From the NCBI GenBank assembly GCA_963770985.1, contig CAVYRR010000009.1:87433-151432 (forward strand): a stretch of 64,000 nucleotides of DNA, in the 5' to 3' direction. Positions 62,713 to 64,000 of the stretch are shown one piece after another. Every line of letters begins with the position of its first letter. Within the stretch, counting starts at the first letter, position 1. The DNA comes from an uncultured Alphaproteobacteria bacterium. Lineage in GTDB: Bacteria > Pseudomonadota > Alphaproteobacteria > Rhizobiales > Xanthobacteraceae. Position numbers and translations under genes: made by a program. Under the pieces are notes generated by a model. The model searched no databases. It had not been told where the DNA came from and worked only from the letters and a program-made list of their open reading frames with translations.

Positions 62713-62791
62713 GGTTCGCTTCGGGTCATTAGCGGACAAACCATCACGAGCGAAAATCCACTGTTGTCCGCTGTTGCCCAAAAGCGGACAT
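62713..62791 (+). repeat. hairpin repeat copy D (H1+H2)
   Basis: TTCGCT-TCGGGTCATT-AGCGGACA-AACCATCACG...; TGTCCGCT-GTTGCCCAAA-AGCGGACA; spacer closely similar to copy C. Confidence 0.88.
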
Positions 62792-62824
62792 TGGCCGCGA
62801 ATTTATGAGTCCACGCCCTGGCTT

Positions 62825-63301
62825 TCACCCCTTCGCCGGGAAAATCATCGTCGTCGTGGTGGCGTGAGCATAGAGCTTGCCAGCGCGGTCCTTCACGTCG
62901 CCCTCCGAGGTGGCAACCGTGCGGCCGCGATGCACGATGCGGCCTTCCGCGCGTACTGGCCCGGTGTCTTTGGTCATCGGCCGTACCAGATTGAATTTCA
63001 ATTCCAGCGTGGTCCAGGTGTCGCCCTTGACGAGCGTCGAAAACACCGCGCAGCCGAGCGCGCTGTCGAGCAGCGTCGCCGCAAAACCGCCATGCACGGT
63101 GCCGATCGGGTTGTAGTGGCGGTACTCAGGCAGGCCCTCGAACACCGCGCGGCCATGCGCGACTTCGATCAGGTGGAAGCCGAGCACCTCGCTCATCGGC
63201 GGGTTAGGGAGTGTGCCGTCGACGATCGCCTTCAGGAAGCCGAGCCCGTCGTAGGAATTGAGCACCTGGGGCGAAACCACGCCGTATTTTTTCTCTGCCA
63301 C
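62825..63301 (-). CDS. PaaI family thioesterase
   Basis: HYNPIGTVHGGFAATLLDSALGCA, TTLELK, GKLYAHATTT; GTG start inferred. Confidence 0.92.
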   Translation of the reverse strand: MAEKKYGVVSPQVLNSYDGLGFLKAIVDGTLPNPPMSEVLGFHLIEVAHGRAVFEGLPEYRHYNPIGTVHGGFAATLLDSALGCAVFSTLVKGDTWTTLELKFNLVRPMTKDTGPVRAEGRIVHRGRTVATSEGDVKDRAGKLYAHATTTTMIFPAKG

Positions 63302-63455
63302 GTTGGCCCCCGCCGTTGAACCGGAATCAATGTAGCGGAGCGCTCGGGCGATTTCGAGCCAGAACCGATGGCCTTCCACGGCGGGATTGCCGGAGCCGAG
63401 GGTCTCGATCGCGCGCACCATGCCGCCGGCGAAGTCGATCAGCCGCTCCCCGGGC

Positions 63456-64000
63456 TCAGTGCGCCCTGAGTTGAATCTTTGGCGCGCGCTGGGAACAGCA
63501 TTCTTTGGTAGAGCCGGCGGCGGTGAGGATGCTCGGAATATGCTGGGTGGAAACGGCAACGACGCCGGCAGAGATTTCATTGCGACGCGTCCATTCGCCC
63601 GCGGCGATCAATACGGCTGCGAACAACGCGCCAAGGATGACCCGCACGCCCGGCCCGATAAGCCCTTGCTCGATCGAATAGCGCACCAGGAATATTCCAC
63701 CCAGCGCCAGCGCTAGGCCGCCGATCCACACCACCCACTGCGTGCCGAATCTCTCTTCCAGCGTGGTCGATGCCGCCGCGGCAACGGGCATGGGCGGAAC
63801 AGGGTCCTCGCGCGGCGGCTCAGATGCCGTGGCTTGCGCTATCGGCACTTCGACGACCGGGGGCGGCGGCTCGGCGACCGGCGCAGCAGCGGGTGCGGCT
63901 GACGCTGTGGCGATCAGTGGTGCCGGCCGGCGCACTTCCAGCTCGGCGATGCGCAATTCCAGCACTCGCACGCGCTCGCGCGCGTTCAGCGTCATCACCA
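63456..64000 (-). pseudogene. DUF2339 membrane protein, 3'-truncated (5' end outside the window)
   Basis: LEERFGTQWVVWIGGLALALGGIFLVRYSIEQG ... IPSILTAAG, then unrelated residues and a stop at 63456. Confidence 0.75.

Larger units (their letters stand above)
57001..62819. mobile_element. non-autonomous TIR-bounded cargo element with internal hairpin-repeat-delimited modules
   Basis: Left AGGGCGTGTACCCATTGAT (57001-57019) vs reverse complement of 62801-62819 AGGGCGTGGACTCATAAAT, 15/19 identical; no transposase; more AT-rich than flanks by eye; lies between two convergent genes. Confidence 0.7.

Noticed and set aside
57042-62791. Island repeats as a CRISPR array or classical integron
   Set aside because: Units are separated by kb-scale genes rather than 30-40 bp spacers; no cas or intI gene; no attC RYYYAAC/GTTRRRY architecture

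Overview
GC-rich alphaproteobacterial chromosome segment, inferred to be Hyphomicrobiales (Xanthobacteraceae/Bradyrhizobium-like) from gene content, REP-type repeats and CtrA/EcfG/LexA motifs. Positions 1-57000 are mostly housekeeping: petABC, mtnP, apt, htpX-lemA, smc-dsbA-DUF721, mutY, ccrM, moaB, an SOS-type radical SAM gene, rnhB, cydAB, ETF-QO, ispE/ispB, glyQ/glyS and ppdK. About ten genes carry single-base frameshifts, including glyS and ccrM, which points to assembly indel errors. The main discovery candidate is a 5.8 kb transposase- and integrase-free element at 57001-62819. It is bounded by imperfect 19-bp terminal inverted repeats and divided by four co-oriented multi-hairpin repeats (TGTCCGCT...AGCGGACA stems) into three cassette-like modules: two orphan ABC-type substrate-binding protein genes and a membrane protein/cupredoxin-like/beta-propeller trio. 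Also notable are an unannotated ~100-nt C-rich-loop sRNA behind an EcfG-type promoter (GsrN-like, 8223-8320), a CtrA box plus clustered GANTC sites at ccrM, and several small ORFs not called as separate ORFs in the ORF track.
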